A stretch of DNA of 60,632 nucleotides, counting the filler, from Sphacelaria rigidula (Eukaryota): assembly GCA_964200075.2 (NCBI GenBank). It is 10 parts of 10 records of this genome, joined end to end, with 100 filler letters (N's around TTAATTAATTAA, not from the genome) between each part and the next. Parts side by side here need not be neighbours in the genome. Positions count along the whole stretch, not along the records: positions 24,297 to 30,270 come from CAXNAA020023092.1; positions 30,371 to 36,343 come from CAXNAA020023093.1; positions 36,444 to 42,416 come from CAXNAA020023094.1; 7 more parts are not named here. One strand, 5' to 3'. The notes beneath the pieces are model-generated. The model worked only from the letters and a program-made list of their open reading frames with translations, searched no databases and was not told where the DNA came from. A program made the translations under genes and the position numbers. Below, in pieces: positions 24,297-37,103 of this stretch (position 1 is its first letter; each line of letters begins with the position of its first letter).

Positions 24297-24948
24297 TGGT
24301 TCCTCCACATCTCTTACGGTCAATCAATCGGTGAGACTAAGTGTACAATTCTACCAGGATACTACTCCCACTGCTCGGTTGTCCGTATGGGCACTAATTG
24401 TGCCCGACGGTTCCATGTCTTTTCATGTTTTGTTGGGTCGAGATAGTTGGCTTCGTTTTTCCACACACACGTATACGACGGACACACCTGCCCCGAACCG
24501 TCTAGTCACTGGCAAACCTTCACTGTGTCACTTCGACACTGATTCAGGAGCCCATGCTTATGAGGATGACCCCACGCAAACAGGTAATGCCTGCCGTCTG
24601 TACTTTGTTGGTGAACCGGTAGTCTCGCTTTCTCGTGAACCCCAACCTATCCAAGTGAACCTCGTGAGACGCAATGGATCGTCCGCCCTCACAGGACATT
24701 ATTTGGACGAGTTGCTCAAACCTGACCAAGCACAGGTTGGTCCGTTTGAACAGACCGAAATCTTTGTCCACGAAGGTAGGCAGGCCATTTACCTCACGTC
24801 CCCTGCATGGATCGATATGCTCAACGGTCAGTTGTTGGGTTATGCTCAAGCGCCTCTCATACGAACCGCCCTGTCAGATGTGTGACCCCCGGCGAACAAC
24901 AACTCGCCGACAGACCCCCCGAAATCCACGGGCCCCCCTCCGCTACAC

Positions 24949-26274
24949 ATGCCTGACCCCATGGTGGTGACAAACCCACCAGATGCGCCTGACCCTCAAC
25001 CCCCAGCTGCATTACAAGACAGCTTTTCTTCAGAACAACGCGCCAGTTTTCAAAAGTTGTGGGATGACATTCCCCCTCACTTACGGCATATTGTTTTTTA
25101 TTTATCTGGCGATGGTTGGACACCCACTGTAATCGATAGATTGATACCCATCTTGATTAGATACTCTGAACGGTTTTCTACTGCACCCTTGGATTTAGGT
25201 CGATGTACCACGACACCGTTTAAGATCAAGATTCCTGATGGCACTCCGCCTTTCGCTATGCGTCCGTACTGTACGAACCCCCTCTTAGCGGATAAGATGC
25301 AGGTAATTCTTGATGCTTACTTATCCGCCGGTTTAATTCGACATTCGACGTCTCCGTGGGCCTCGCCTTTAGTAGTCGTCGGCAAGAAGAACGGCACAAT
25401 CAGACTAACGGTCAATTATCAACGATTGAACGCTGTCACCAAAATCGCCCGGCTGTCACTTCCACGGATTGATGAAATTATTGACTCTCTTGGCGGGGGT
25501 AAGGTATTTTTGAACTTTGACATGCAATCCGGCTACCACCAGCTCGTGATGGATCCAAATTCCAATGAACTGACAGCGTTTTGCACGCCATCAGGTTTTT
25601 ACGAGTGGCTGGTTACACCACAAGGTGCCGCCGGAGCTCCAGGTGCGTTTCAACGTGTGATGTTCCGTGTAATGGATGGATTGCCCAAACGCCATATGTA
25701 CCTTGATGATGCCGTGTGCCACGACTCCACACCGGCTGAACACGTCGAACGGTTGGCATCATTTTTCAATCGGTTTGAACAACACAAGTTGAAACTCGCA
25801 CCCTCCAAATCCCGCATTGGCGCCACGAAGATTGATTTCTTGGCTCATTGCATCACCCCCGAAGGTCGTAGCCCAAACCTCAACAAAGTCGCCGCACTCT
25901 CCGAAATGCCCATGTCACGGGACATTTCTCAACTGCGTTCCTTGTTGGGAGGTCTAAGCTACTACAGACCGTACTTGCCAAACCTTGCCCAAACGCTCAA
26001 ACCCCTCACCACCCTCCTCAAAAAAGGGGTGAGATTTGTGTTCACATTGGAAATGGAAAAAACCGTCCGCCGTCTTCTTGACACCCTTTCGCGCCCGCCA
26101 ATTCTCGTCTTCCCCGACTGGTCGGCTGCGGACCAGGGTTCCCGCCCTTTCCGGCTCCACACAGATTCTTCCAAAATTGGGTTTGGCTGCACATTAGAAC
26201 AGGAGAAAGTCGATACTAATGTTCGTCCCATTGTCTATCTGAGTCGCACCACTTTTCCGAATGAACAGAATTGA
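24949..26274 (+). pseudogene. Gypsy reverse transcriptase plus start of RNase H
   Basis: 441-aa ORF with YLDD. Ends at a TGA where Trp is expected (NEQN*SVMEQEAGAVVW). Confidence 0.93.
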
Positions 26275-27259
26275 TCTGTCATGGAACAAGAGGCCGGCGC
26301 AGTTGTTTGGGGCGTGCGACGTCTGCGTCAGTATTTGTATGACATCCCGTTTGTGATTTATACCGACCATAAGTCTTTGGAAAGCTTTGCCAAAATGGCA
26401 GAACACAACGCTAGAGTCCGACGCTCGTCCGAATCCTGTCGTCCTACAACTTCCAACTGAAGTACCGCACAGGTCCCCAGAATGCAAACGCCGATTTTCT
26501 GTCACGCTTGCCCACACCAGCTCAACATATCGATGAATCCCCCATTAGACGTATCACCGATCCCACCGAAGACATTGTATATTTCATAAGCAGGAATGGA
26601 CACAGAGGTCTCTACACACCAATTTCACTGAGAAAAACGCCGGCTTAAGGCATGGGTGGGCTGACGACCACAGCCCACGCATCGGTTATAGGCAGCTTGC
26701 AACTTCAATCGTTGTACTCAGTTTGGAATGGACTGTCTACGAATACTGTTGGCTATGATTATTTTCGTGCAACTGGCCAGCGCATGGTTTTCGCAATAGG
26801 TGTAGAACTGTCCTTTGCTGACTCCGTCTTACCAGTTCAAGTTCGAGAATTTATTTCGAGTAGGGCTCGTGGACGGCGAACCGCCGAAACGGCCACCAAA
26901 TTGGACGTATCTGATCCTGACCTTCCCCTCCCTGCTCCCACCCCGGTCCCCGATAGTTTCCTTGCGCCCCTGCAGCCTCCGCGACGCAAGGCCCCCAGAA
27001 AATCGACCCCGACGGCGCCGCCCCTGCCAACCATAGCCGAAACCATGGCTGTGTACCCTCCCTTGGTGATAATACTGCAAACACCACCACAACACCCTCC
27101 ACGCTAATCGACGCAGGAGTAGACGTTAACGTTCCGTCTGAGAGTACACCAACTGGTAGGCTCGCCCTTGATTCCGAAATCACCGCTTCGTGCCAACCCC
27201 GCCCCGAACCGACGCCACACGAAGTCGACGCTTCAACAGATGGTGTATTCAAGGAACGT

Positions 27260-28663
27260 TTGACTCTCTTCTCCCACGCCGATTGGGCCCGGGAACTACA
27301 GGCAGAACCTGCTTGTAAATCAGCTATCCATTATCTATCTAAAGGTTGCCCATGTTCATTCTCAGAAACCGAATTCCTTTTGCCAGTCGGGAATCTCAAA
27401 GCGCCCACACAGGATGAAGTTACTGAACTTTCAAGGAAAGGTATGCTACATACGGATGATGATGGTATAGTTCTGTTAGTTCGCCGGCCCACAGCAGCCC
27501 TCCCCAGGGGGAAGCCTACAGGTCGACATGCCCGCTTGCTAGGTGATGAACCCATCCGCATCTATGTCCCGATGCTCCTGCGCCCATGGGTTTTACACGA
27601 ATGTCATTCACAGGCATCGACTCATTTAGGCGCGATTAGAACCTCCCAGATGTTGGAATGTTTTTATTGGTGGATTTGTATGGATCAGTGTTGTCGTTGG
27701 TGGGTGAGGCGTTGTCTTTTGTGTCAGGCGCGAAAAACTTCTCGTCAAACAGTTCGTTGGCCGATTGTTTCCATGTCACTCCCAAACGGGCCTGGTGAAG
27801 TAGTTTCGTGGGACTATTTTGGTCCTTTGCCCCTGACGGGTAGTGGAAATATGTATATTTTGTTGTTTACGGATAGATTTAGTCGACATGCGGTGATGCA
27901 CGCCGTCCCCCCCAGTAGTTATACCGCGGAAGGTACCGTCAACATTCTTGTCTACATGTACATCCCACTGCGGGGTGTGCTCAAACGCTTACTGTCTGAC
28001 AACGGCCCGCATCTTTCAGGCAAACTTTCAGCCGCCGTCAGTGACCTTTTGGATGCCCATCGCATTTTTACTAGCTCACATCACCTTTCCACCAATGGTG
28101 GAACGGAACGAGTGAATCATACGATTGCACAGATGCTTGCTGCTGTAACAAATGAGAGACAGATGGACTGGGACCTGCACCTGCCCCTTATCCAAATGAA
28201 CTACAACAATTCAGTCAATGCCGCTACGGGATCGTCGCCGAATGAAATTCATATTGGATTCATGCCTAGGCAAAGTACAGGTGGACATCAGAGTTTGGAT
28301 TGTGATGTTGCAGAGTATCATTTGTCGGTGAGCAATCGTCTTCGTCTTGCATATGAAGTGGTACGAGAACAGAACCAAATCAATTTGGCCAAGGTCGCGA
28401 GGGCGAACTCAATGTTGGATTATGTGGTGCATAACCGCCCGGTGTGGAAGGTAGGCCAATGGGCATGGGTGTATAACGATGTGAAGACCATCAATCAAGG
28501 GGCTAGCACGAAATCATCATCTTTGGATAAAGTGTTGAAGGCGAAACTATCCTTGAATTGGACTGGTCCTTGGGAAATTTTAGCTGTTGGTCCCAAGCGC
28601 TACCGCACCCGACAAAAGTCCGGTGGGAGCGAAACTTTTGTATTTAGGTTTTCCCACGGATGA
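27260..28663 (+). pseudogene. Gypsy integrase (zinc finger, DDE core, GPW motif)
   Basis: 467-aa ORF with the integrase motifs above plus AKLSLNWTGPW. Confidence 0.92.
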
Positions 28664-29788
28664 ACCTGTTTTGAAACCGAAAAATCGTGTCTCGATGCTA
28701 TGTTACGATGCAAACCGTGTATCCCGCCTCATGACTCCTCCGACATGCCCAAACAACTGTCGCTAGGGCTTAGCCAGTATGTGTTGTCCAAGTATGCAAT
28801 CAAAACTCCGCCGTATCATATGACGGTCGAGGATGCGGACGCATCCCTGAAACGTGTGGAGGTAGATGAGATTTCGGGCCATCAACTGGTTCGCGGTCGT
28901 GGAGGTAAGATAGCGGTAATGTATCAAACACATTGGAAGGGTATCATGCGTGTTACATGGGAGCGTGAAGTTGATTTGCGTCATTTTTGTCGGGAAATAT
29001 TGCTGTACTGGGTAGGAGATACCGTCCAACACCGCCCGTTGAATAAGAGATATCGGTCGATGCGCAAGGGAGCTGCCGCTCGGGCCAACGACACGACCAT
29101 GGCGAACTCGAAACAGCCGTGCTACGGAACACGGACACCGCTTGGGATGCAGATGACTCATGATGCATCCGAGTCTGCGTCCCCAGTCACCTTGCGCAGT
29201 GTACCGCGTTCGAGTTGTTTGTCTTGCACCGTAGCGTTGTTGGAAAACCATGTGTTCCCACCCCCTCCCCCCCTTCATTTTGTTTTCGTACTGATTAACC
29301 CCGTACTTGCAGCGGTTGATGTTGTGTTTCGTATTTGGTATTTGGTATTTTTTTTTTGTCTTTTATATAAATATTTGTGTTGTGTTCTGTTTTTTGTTGC
29401 TTTGGACCTGATTTTGTGTTTCGGTTTTCTTTGCCTTTGCGTCATTTGTTATGATTTGTTTTTTTGTCTTCGTTTTTCTTGTTTTTCTTCTCTTCTTTTC
29501 TTCTCTTTTCGCCTCGTGTTTTGTTTTCGATTTCTTGTGTTAAATGGGTAATTTTCTTGTCTGGGTTCATCTGGCAAAGTACAAGTGACGACTGTTCCAT
29601 TCCTGACCCCGAGTCTGAAACCTTGAACCTCCGTCCTCCGCGCCGTACATTCACAACCATGCCGTCTACTGGAACAGTTGAAACGAGTTATTTATTTCTT
29701 CATTTTTTTTTTGTACGCACATCTTGTCTTGCGTTGTCGTTACATGGCGTTTATTTTTGATTTGTTTGTTTTGATGGAAGAGCTTTCG

Positions 29789-30085
29789 GAGCAAGCGCTA
29801 GCCATACCTGACGCCCACGTCTGGAATATTTGCGCTCTTGTTCAATCGCTCCGCACGCGAATGCCGCCTCCCTCTTCTGGACCGGTCATGACGTGTCTTT
29901 TTTTGTGCAATATGTTGTAGGTATTTTTCTTTTAATTTTGTCTTTTCGGTCGGGAATTTTAGGAGCGAGCGCTAGATATACCTGACGCCCCCGTCTGGTA
30001 TAATTGCGTTCTTGCCCAACCGCTCCGTACACGCATACCACTTCCCTCTTCGGGATCGGTCGTGACGTGTCCCCTTTTTGTGTGC
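29789..30085 (+). repeat. ~120-bp direct repeat x2 downstream of the Gypsy pol
   Basis: gagc.agcgctag..atacctgacgccc.cgtctgg...tccctcttc.gga.cggtc.tgacgtgtc at 29789 and 29963. Confidence 0.8.
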
Positions 30086-30270
30086 GTACCATGCTGAGTT
30101 TTGCATTAACATGGGCAATAGTAGCCGAAGCAGAATGCCTGAAATGTTTTGATCTTGATTGAAACTTTTGACCTTGCTTGCTTCATACACACGATAACCG
30201 CTCCCGTTTACAAGGACGATTGCCACGTAACAGCCGATTTTCGAAAATGGGGTTGAAAAAAAAAATAGAT

Positions 30271-30370
30271 NNNNNNNNNNNNNNNNNNNNNNNNNNNNNN
30301 NNNNNNNNNNNNNNTTAATTAATTAANNNNNNNNNNNNNNNNNNNNNNNNNNNNNNNNNNNNNNNNNNNN
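30271..30370. other. Artificial contig linker
   Basis: Same spacer. Confidence 0.99.
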
Positions 30371-30461
30371 CCCCCCCCCCCCCCCCCCCCCCTCCCCTCA
30401 AAAACCCGAATTTTCGATCTTGGGGCCTACATGCCCCGAAATATTTCGATGACGGACCCTT

Positions 30462-31475
30462 GGTGCGGCGGCGCTTTTTTCTTCGCAACGGCGCTTTTCC
30501 AAAACATCTGTTTCAGGAGTCTCCAGGTTGTTTTTTGCCCAGACTTTTGTGGGTTGTTCGCCATGAAGGGCAACATAAAGCAGTGGCGCAATGAACCCTG
30601 CTGTGGTACACACCTGTCACACATCCTGACCCTGAGGTGCAAGCTTACATAAACTTGGGATCTCACCGTCCCAGCAATGAAAATGAACAGCTCGAGCCGT
30701 ACCTATTGATCGACTGAGTACGACGTCTCTAGCTCGGGGATTATCGGTTCAAAACTGAACGAGACACGATAGTTTTCGCCAAACAGGCGCCGTTCAACAC
30801 ACCCACAAACGGCCAACAACACCGTCTTCAGCAATTTTTGTTACACAAACACAGCCGGCCCTCCTCGAACACCACACGGATTGCCGTGAAACGAAGAGCA
30901 ATGCGTACAGATGAGCAAGAGCTAGCGCCAGACGCGATGTATATATGTGCAGTGGATGTATCTGCGTGTTTGCCCGGGCTGTGTTGTGAAGGTGTAGCGT
31001 GGTTCACTGATGTGTTAAAATGACGCCCGTTGAGAATTCCAGACCTGTTTTCGACTGCGTCCAGTTTTGTGAATATTTGTCAGGACCCAGGGTGATTGTT
31101 GTTACTGTTAGCCGGCAATCTTCATGGCTTTGTTTCTCCCCCCGCTTCTTAGGCCGTGTCTTATCAAATTGTTTTGGTGTCGAAAACGTGCGGTCGAATC
31201 GAATTCACTCGTTTCTGGTTTGTCGACGCTGTTCATTTCCTCAGATTATTGAGAACATGGATGCCGTGGACGTATCAGGTATGAGCAAATTCGATTCCAC
31301 CGTACGTTTTCGAGTCGAAAACAATTCGATAAGACACGGCCTTATTCTCTTTGTCTCGAGAAGACACCCTTCATAGCGAACAGCCCAAAAAGTCTTCGCA
31401 AATAGCCCGACATATTCCAAAATAGTTTGAAGAAAAAACCGCCGCCGCAAGAAAACAAAGCGCCGCCGCTTTTTG
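30462..31475. repeat. Two inverted diverged copies of a repeat terminus (CCCTTCATRGCGAACA...) at 30462-30570 and 31368-31475
   Basis: gcggcggcgcttt...agactttt..ggg.tgttcgc.atgaaggg and its reverse complement. Confidence 0.65.
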
Positions 31476-34400
31476 GGAGGGGGGGCGGGGGGACGGGGGG
31501 ACGGGGGGGGGGATATCGCGGCGACGAATAATGCTTCTTGGTCCTCAATTCATCTCCACGCTTTCCTTCCCGCTTTCATTTCGTCTCGACAATAAGACGC
31601 ACCTTTCAAGTTGTGTGTGTAGGATGTAGATGGATGCAGATGTACAATGGTCCGTCATTATTCTTCTTCCGTCTAAGTTACGCAACGCTGTCATCAAGCA
31701 CTCGCACGAAAGCCCGCCCTGGAAAAATCATATGATGAGCGCATATATAATAAATCGTTCGATCGATCACGATATTTGCGCCCGTCTGTCAAACTACGAT
31801 AGCTTACTCTTCAAATAACAATCAAAATGTCCGTGCGTGCAAAACCTTGGTCTTGGTGTTCTCCCACATCAACCACCTACTACTCGGGATGGCACCCTCT
31901 CAACTCGCGTAGCATAGCGTTTCAAATGTGACCAGTGCCACCGCTTTCCGGATGGCCATCATCGGTCCGCCTAAGAAATACGACCCGTGCGGCGGCAAAA
32001 GGGTCAAGTTTGACTAACTGTGTCACGTTCACTCGCGGGGTATCTTGTACTTCTTTCCGTTGCGTCTATTATTTCAAATGGTACCTTGTCGATAAGACCC
32101 ACAGTGGTGGATATAGGTCAACCACAATAATTTGGAACTTTTTTCGGGTCCCCTTAACCCTTTGACCACCAGGATGGGTCATCTGCGTCCTACATTAGTT
32201 TTTCGGGTGAAATAATACCCGCTCAACCTACAGGCCACTTTGGCATAAGGGGCCCCAACTGACGTAGGCTCATAGAGACACGGAGAATATCTAGCGCGAG
32301 TCTAGCACGCCGCTTGCGGCGCCTACATCTGCACACACGGGTCATCTCGAGGATACCGCCGCACCCACGATGTTGTTTTGTCTAATAGGCTCCACGCAGA
32401 AATGGTTTGGAATCTCCCTGCCGCACTCTGATAATGTGGACATCCTTAAAGCCCGCAACTCCCACACATGGCGATGATTGAAGTCAGCTCTCTTCGATAG
32501 CATTCGAGATCTCCAAACTCCGAACGCCTCGACAAAAGTCTATGTGTTATCACCACACCACCAGTGTCGAAGCGGCACATGAAAGGCCGCCATCACTTAC
32601 GTACGCGCACCGCCAGGAGACATGAAAGATATCAAACACGAGTATAGCACGCGGCTCGCCTCGTGGAGTCTCAATTCGCTTGCACAAGCCATCCGCAGCG
32701 GAACTACCGTCCGCCGTGCTGACTGTACTGTGTTACATTTAGTAAGGGGGCTCAGGTGGCGACATTTTCATGTTTTCGCGCCGCTCTGCCGCAGCGCCAA
32801 CCCACAACCCACAACCCACAACCCACAGCCCACGAATCCCCACACATGTCGACGACCGCGGTTAGCTCCCTCACATGACGTGCCGGTATACTTGCGGAGC
32901 AGCAGAAACAGAGTTATTTCAGACTCGAGGCTCCCCATACATCTAACAGAAGAACACACCGGTCACCTCGAGTTCGAGATACCTGAAACACGTCTAGTCT
33001 GGAGCCATAGAGTGTACGGCGGCCAGGAGGGTTCAACCCCAACCCAGCTTTTCAATCTATGGTTGAAGACACTTGGTTTTCGTTTCGAAGCATCACACTT
33101 GAATCTTTACAGAGCTCACAGTCCCATGCGCACGCTCAGAAGCTCCGCACGCGGATTAGCTCAACAGGCGCGGATTCGAGCATTGCTCATGCGCATTTCA
33201 AATAGTACAGCAGATATATGCCCCTCATCCGAGGGTGATCGGTCTGCCTTGGGTGGGGGCCGGGTCGGGGAGGACCTCCCTCACCGTGACTGCCATGTTT
33301 CAGGAGGTGGCGACGGTGTTCAATCTTCAATCGTTCGTCGCCGAGTTGGAAATTTTCGTACAAGCAGAAATATCGAACAAGGGCACGGCCGGTGTGAGAA
33401 CTTGTGCCTGTCACCCGCTACTGGGAACAGGATAACAGCCATAGTCAATTTCGTACCGCAAAGCTGGATCCGCTGCCCCGGTCAAAAGGTGAGTACGCCT
33501 TCTAAGAGAGCTGACTTCAATCATCGCAAAGGTTGGCGAGTTGTGGTCTATTGTGACGATGTGGCTACGGTACTCCTGCACACAGTCAGTATTGTAGTAT
33601 AGCCGCGTGAAGAATCGAAAAACATCGCCATGATTCAGCTATGATCCGTTTGAAAATTTGAAACAAATCAGCCGAGAAACAAAATCCACACTGTATCCAA
33701 GCTGTATCCTAAGAAAATAAGAATCACCCTACAGTACTGTAGAATCTCAGCGGAACCCCTCGCCTCGTTCTTGACCTGGGCCACAAGAAGTCTTTGCCAT
33801 CATGCTGGTACTGCTCCCACAGAAAGTACAGCATAGTACGCAGCACGTGAGTGTTCAGAGTGCACGGTGCTATACTGCGAGCACCGTAGTGACGGTACCG
33901 TGCCGTACGTAGGCTCCACGAGCGCAAGATACGGCGAAAAATGTACTGCAGCTACTGTTCTACAGTACTGTCCAATCAAGGTGAAAACACAACACAGCGT
34001 TTATCGATGTCTTACGCGGAGCGTTGGATACCCTCACGCGGCACGTGAGGCAGCTGTGGTTGTTGTTCGGCTGCTGAAGCGAGATGGCTCGGTCATCAAA
34101 TTGCGGTAATGATCAACCGGTAGCACCAGTGCGTATCTTGAAGACACCTCGATTGATCGCATTATGTACGACTGGGATATAAGATATTGCGAGCACGAGA
34201 ACGACAGATGAAAAGCCCTGAAGCAGCCTCGTTTGACTCGAACGTTGCTTACGTGAGCGCCGTCAGTCAGATCTTTGAACCGCGAAAACTCTGCTGTACT
34301 TTCCTACTGTACTGTATTGGGTTTAAAATCGGCGCCAAATTGCTCGAACATACCTGCCAACGCCATATCTCTGCTGATGCCATCGTGGCGGTCGCCGAGC

Positions 34401-36343
34401 TTCAACGGCACTGGTGTTTCGTAACCAAGCGTCGCAGTGCGGAGCCGGTGCTGCGGTATGCTGACGATAGCAATATAATATCAGCAACCAGGACACTTCA
34501 GTAGTCGCAGATTATAGTACGACGCACAACACCCTGCTCTACCGACTGCAGTAGATAGCAACCGCGCACTCCGATGTTATCAACTGGCAGATGTGGAGTT
34601 AACGGGGCGACACAGGTGGCTGTTGTCCGTATTCTCGCTTTAGCCGAGGTTTCCTGCGATAAACGCCAGGCGCACCGTGTCACTTCTCAATGAAGTAGGG
34701 GGGGGTACGCATCAAGTTGCAAGATATTGAGTATAGCGAAGAGCCAGCGCTGAACCAGAACATGCACGCGGTGCATTTTTCATCAGCTCAAATTCTTTTG
34801 GACCGAAGCGTGAGAGCTACTGACTTGTAGGACCGACCGAGGAGTACGTGAGTGACACGTGGCGCGTCAACACAATCTGTGGCCCCTCCAGTAAGTCGCT
34901 TCTCGGTGTGGGGTGTTTGCAGCTGGAGAGTAACTGGGCATTGCGGTGAGCCCCTGCATTGAACCAGAAATCACTCACGGTACATGTTGTGCGTTTGTCA
35001 TCCGCCTACTTATTTTGGACTGCAGGTGGAAGAGAGGGAGCTACTACAGTATCTTATAGGACGAAGGGGTACGTGTTCTAGTTCGTGCTGTTGTAGGTGA
35101 CGTGTCAGCACTGTCAGCGGCTTGAGTACGACAAAATATTTTGTACACACCAGTGGACTCAACCATTCGTACGAATTCGCAACCGACCGGTGCTTTGAAT
35201 AACAATATTGAAATTTGAATATTCTCGTCAATGCACCCTATACTCGTCATAGCATCGAGGTAGCATATAGCATAATGGTGCAACTACATACAACAGAAGT
35301 ACTACTGTACTTCGGAGTACAACAGTACTACACATGTGATAGCAGGATGAGAGCAGTATGAAAAGTCAATTTATCTCCCAAAACTCCTGCTGCTCGTTGG
35401 CGCGACAACATACAGATAGTAGCAAAAGAGGTGGGTATGGACGGTATACCCCTAATTTCCAAAGCTCCAGCAGCATCGAGAATGATGCCGTGGCACGAGG
35501 ACAATATTTTTTGCTCTCTACAAGGACGACTCGCGATTTAGAGGAGGGCGTGATGAAAATGTCGGACTCCAAAGGACGAGAGGCCGCTTCTGCGAGAACC
35601 AAGCGGGACTGTCAGCCCCACCAAAATTCCGATTCTCGTCGTTCAGACCCAAATCAAATAATAATATCAACCATGAACATTTCCAGGCCAACGCCGGTAA
35701 ACTACTGGCTTTTCTAGCGAGAACGCGGCGCGAAAAACTGTCGTACCGATCAGATGAGAGACGAGAGACCAACGGTTGCGAGAATGTCACCGTTGAAAGT
35801 TGGGAGCATTCGCTCGAGATCTCACAGCATGCCCCGGCAACTACTACAGACACTCACGCTCGACACCTGACAATTTCAGAATTAATCATCGTCAGTGGTG
35901 TTGGTGAGATATTGGGCGAGCAGTAGTCCCTCATGACCACGGACTCGTCTCCCGAACAAGGGGGGAAAACAAAAAAATGGCTGGGGGGAAAAAAAAAGAA
36001 GACAATCATCCGCGTGGAAAAAATATCACTTTTTTTTTTTTTTTAACGCCGTTTTGAAGTGACGGATTTGTCCAGGAACAGGGAATCAAAGAAAGCGGTC
36101 CAGGTCCTGGCCGATTGATATGGAACCAACCATGCAATCAATAAGCTGGTTGCGAATTACCGCCTGAGTTACCAGGCGCTAAATCGAGCGCAGTGGATCT
36201 CGTAATCGTCGTGGTGTGAACCACTTTGAAGTTGGGGGGAAGAGGCGGGGGGGGGGGGGGGGGGGGGGGGGTTGTGTTCGATACTCTACTTCATATACAA
36301 AACACCGCACCAGGGGTGAAAAAAAAAAAAATTAAAACAAAAA

Positions 36344-36443
36344 NNNNNNNNNNNNNNNNNNNNNNNNNNNNNNNNNNNNNNNNNNNNTTAATTAATTAAN
36401 NNNNNNNNNNNNNNNNNNNNNNNNNNNNNNNNNNNNNNNNNNN
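36344..36443. other. Artificial contig linker
   Basis: Same spacer. Confidence 0.99.
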
Positions 36444-36444
36444 G

Positions 36445-36632
36445 TGTGGGACGCTTTGTCTGTTTGTTTTGTATCTGCTATATGGACGAGAAATAATAAT
36501 TATACATTCGTGTTCAGACACCTGCGGTGTTCACTCCTGAGACGAGGTCAGCATAAAGCTGCCTGCGCCGACTTCTGCAGTCACCTGCCAAGAGGAGTAC
36601 ATCGATCTCCACGACTACCATATTCCTCAACA
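36445..36632 (+). repeat. 5' LTR
   Basis: TGTGGGACG...TCCTCAACA, about 4 mismatches to 42012-42199. Confidence 0.93.
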
Positions 36633-36646
36633 GATTTATGAGCCCC
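36633..36646 (+). promoter_or_regulatory. Primer-binding site, half-tRNAiMet type
   Basis: gatttatgagcccc immediately after the LTR resembles the GGTTATGRGCCC PBS of copia/Ty5/Osser-type elements. Confidence 0.7.
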
Positions 36647-36824
36647 AATTGTCTGCGAGGCGCGAATACCGAGAGCTTCTAAAGGAGACATTGCCGGGGA
36701 GGCGTCTCCGACCAGTTCTACAGAGTTCTACAGAGGAGCGGAATACCTGGGACAACACAGACACTACAAGTGAGTTGAGACAACCGCGGATTGTACTCTA
36801 CGCAGCTGGAGTGAAGGCGGTACG

Positions 36825-37089
36825 CTGTACGAGCTACAGTTCAAACCTGTGCGCGCGCAGGAAGGCGGCACAGTCTGGGAATTCGCACTTGCGCGTCGAG
36901 TATTCGGTAAGCCTTGAAGCGTACAGCCCTGCGTAGTTCATCGTCCCTGGGGACGAAACCTGCACGAGCTGCAGTCTGTACAAGCTACAGTTCAAACCTG
37001 TGCACGCAGGAAGGCGGCACAGTCTGGGGATTCGCACTTAAGCGTCGAGCATTGATAAGCCTCGAAGCGTACAGCGTAGCACGGTTCAT
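36825..37089 (+). repeat. ~115-bp direct repeat x2 in the Copia 5' leader
   Basis: ctgtac.agctacagttcaaacctgtgc...gcaggaaggcggcacagtctggg.attcgcactt...gaagcgtacagc at 36825 and 36976. Confidence 0.9.
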
Positions 37090-37103
37090 TTTGTCTCTGC
37101 ATA

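Larger units (their letters stand above)
24297..29090 (+). mobile_element. Ty3/Gypsy LTR retrotransposon pol with C-terminal chromodomain, degenerate
   Basis: Order PR-RT-RH-INT-chromo: VLLGRDSW; RT SPWASPLVVV..K..GTIRLTVNYQRLN..FDMQSGYHQ..YLDD; RH LHTDSSKIGFG..YTDHKSL; INT H-H-CLLC, WDYFGP, TDRFSR, SDNG, NGGTERVNH; chromo VDEISGHQ..YQTHWKG..TWERE. Contains stops and frameshifts. LTRs not seen. Confidence 0.95.

Noticed and set aside
26272..26274. Stop-codon reassignment or readthrough (stops at Trp positions in Gypsy, Copia and hAT)
   Set aside because: Stops replace different residues (Trp, Tyr, Glu) and co-occur with frameshifts, which fits neutral decay.
29100..29760. Hydrophobic (env-like) tail of ORF 28700-29551
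   Set aside because: The Phe/Leu/Cys richness comes from T-rich low-complexity DNA after the chromodomain frame breaks down.
30655..31718. Possible minus-strand exons at 31603-31718 and ~30656-30692
   Set aside because: Splice sites look plausible, but the joined peptide resembles nothing I recognise, so support is insufficient.
35093..35200. SWIM-like zinc finger exon (VTCQHCQRLEYDKIFCTH)
   Set aside because: Short, spacing is atypical, an in-frame stop follows soon after, and no MULE domain was seen nearby.
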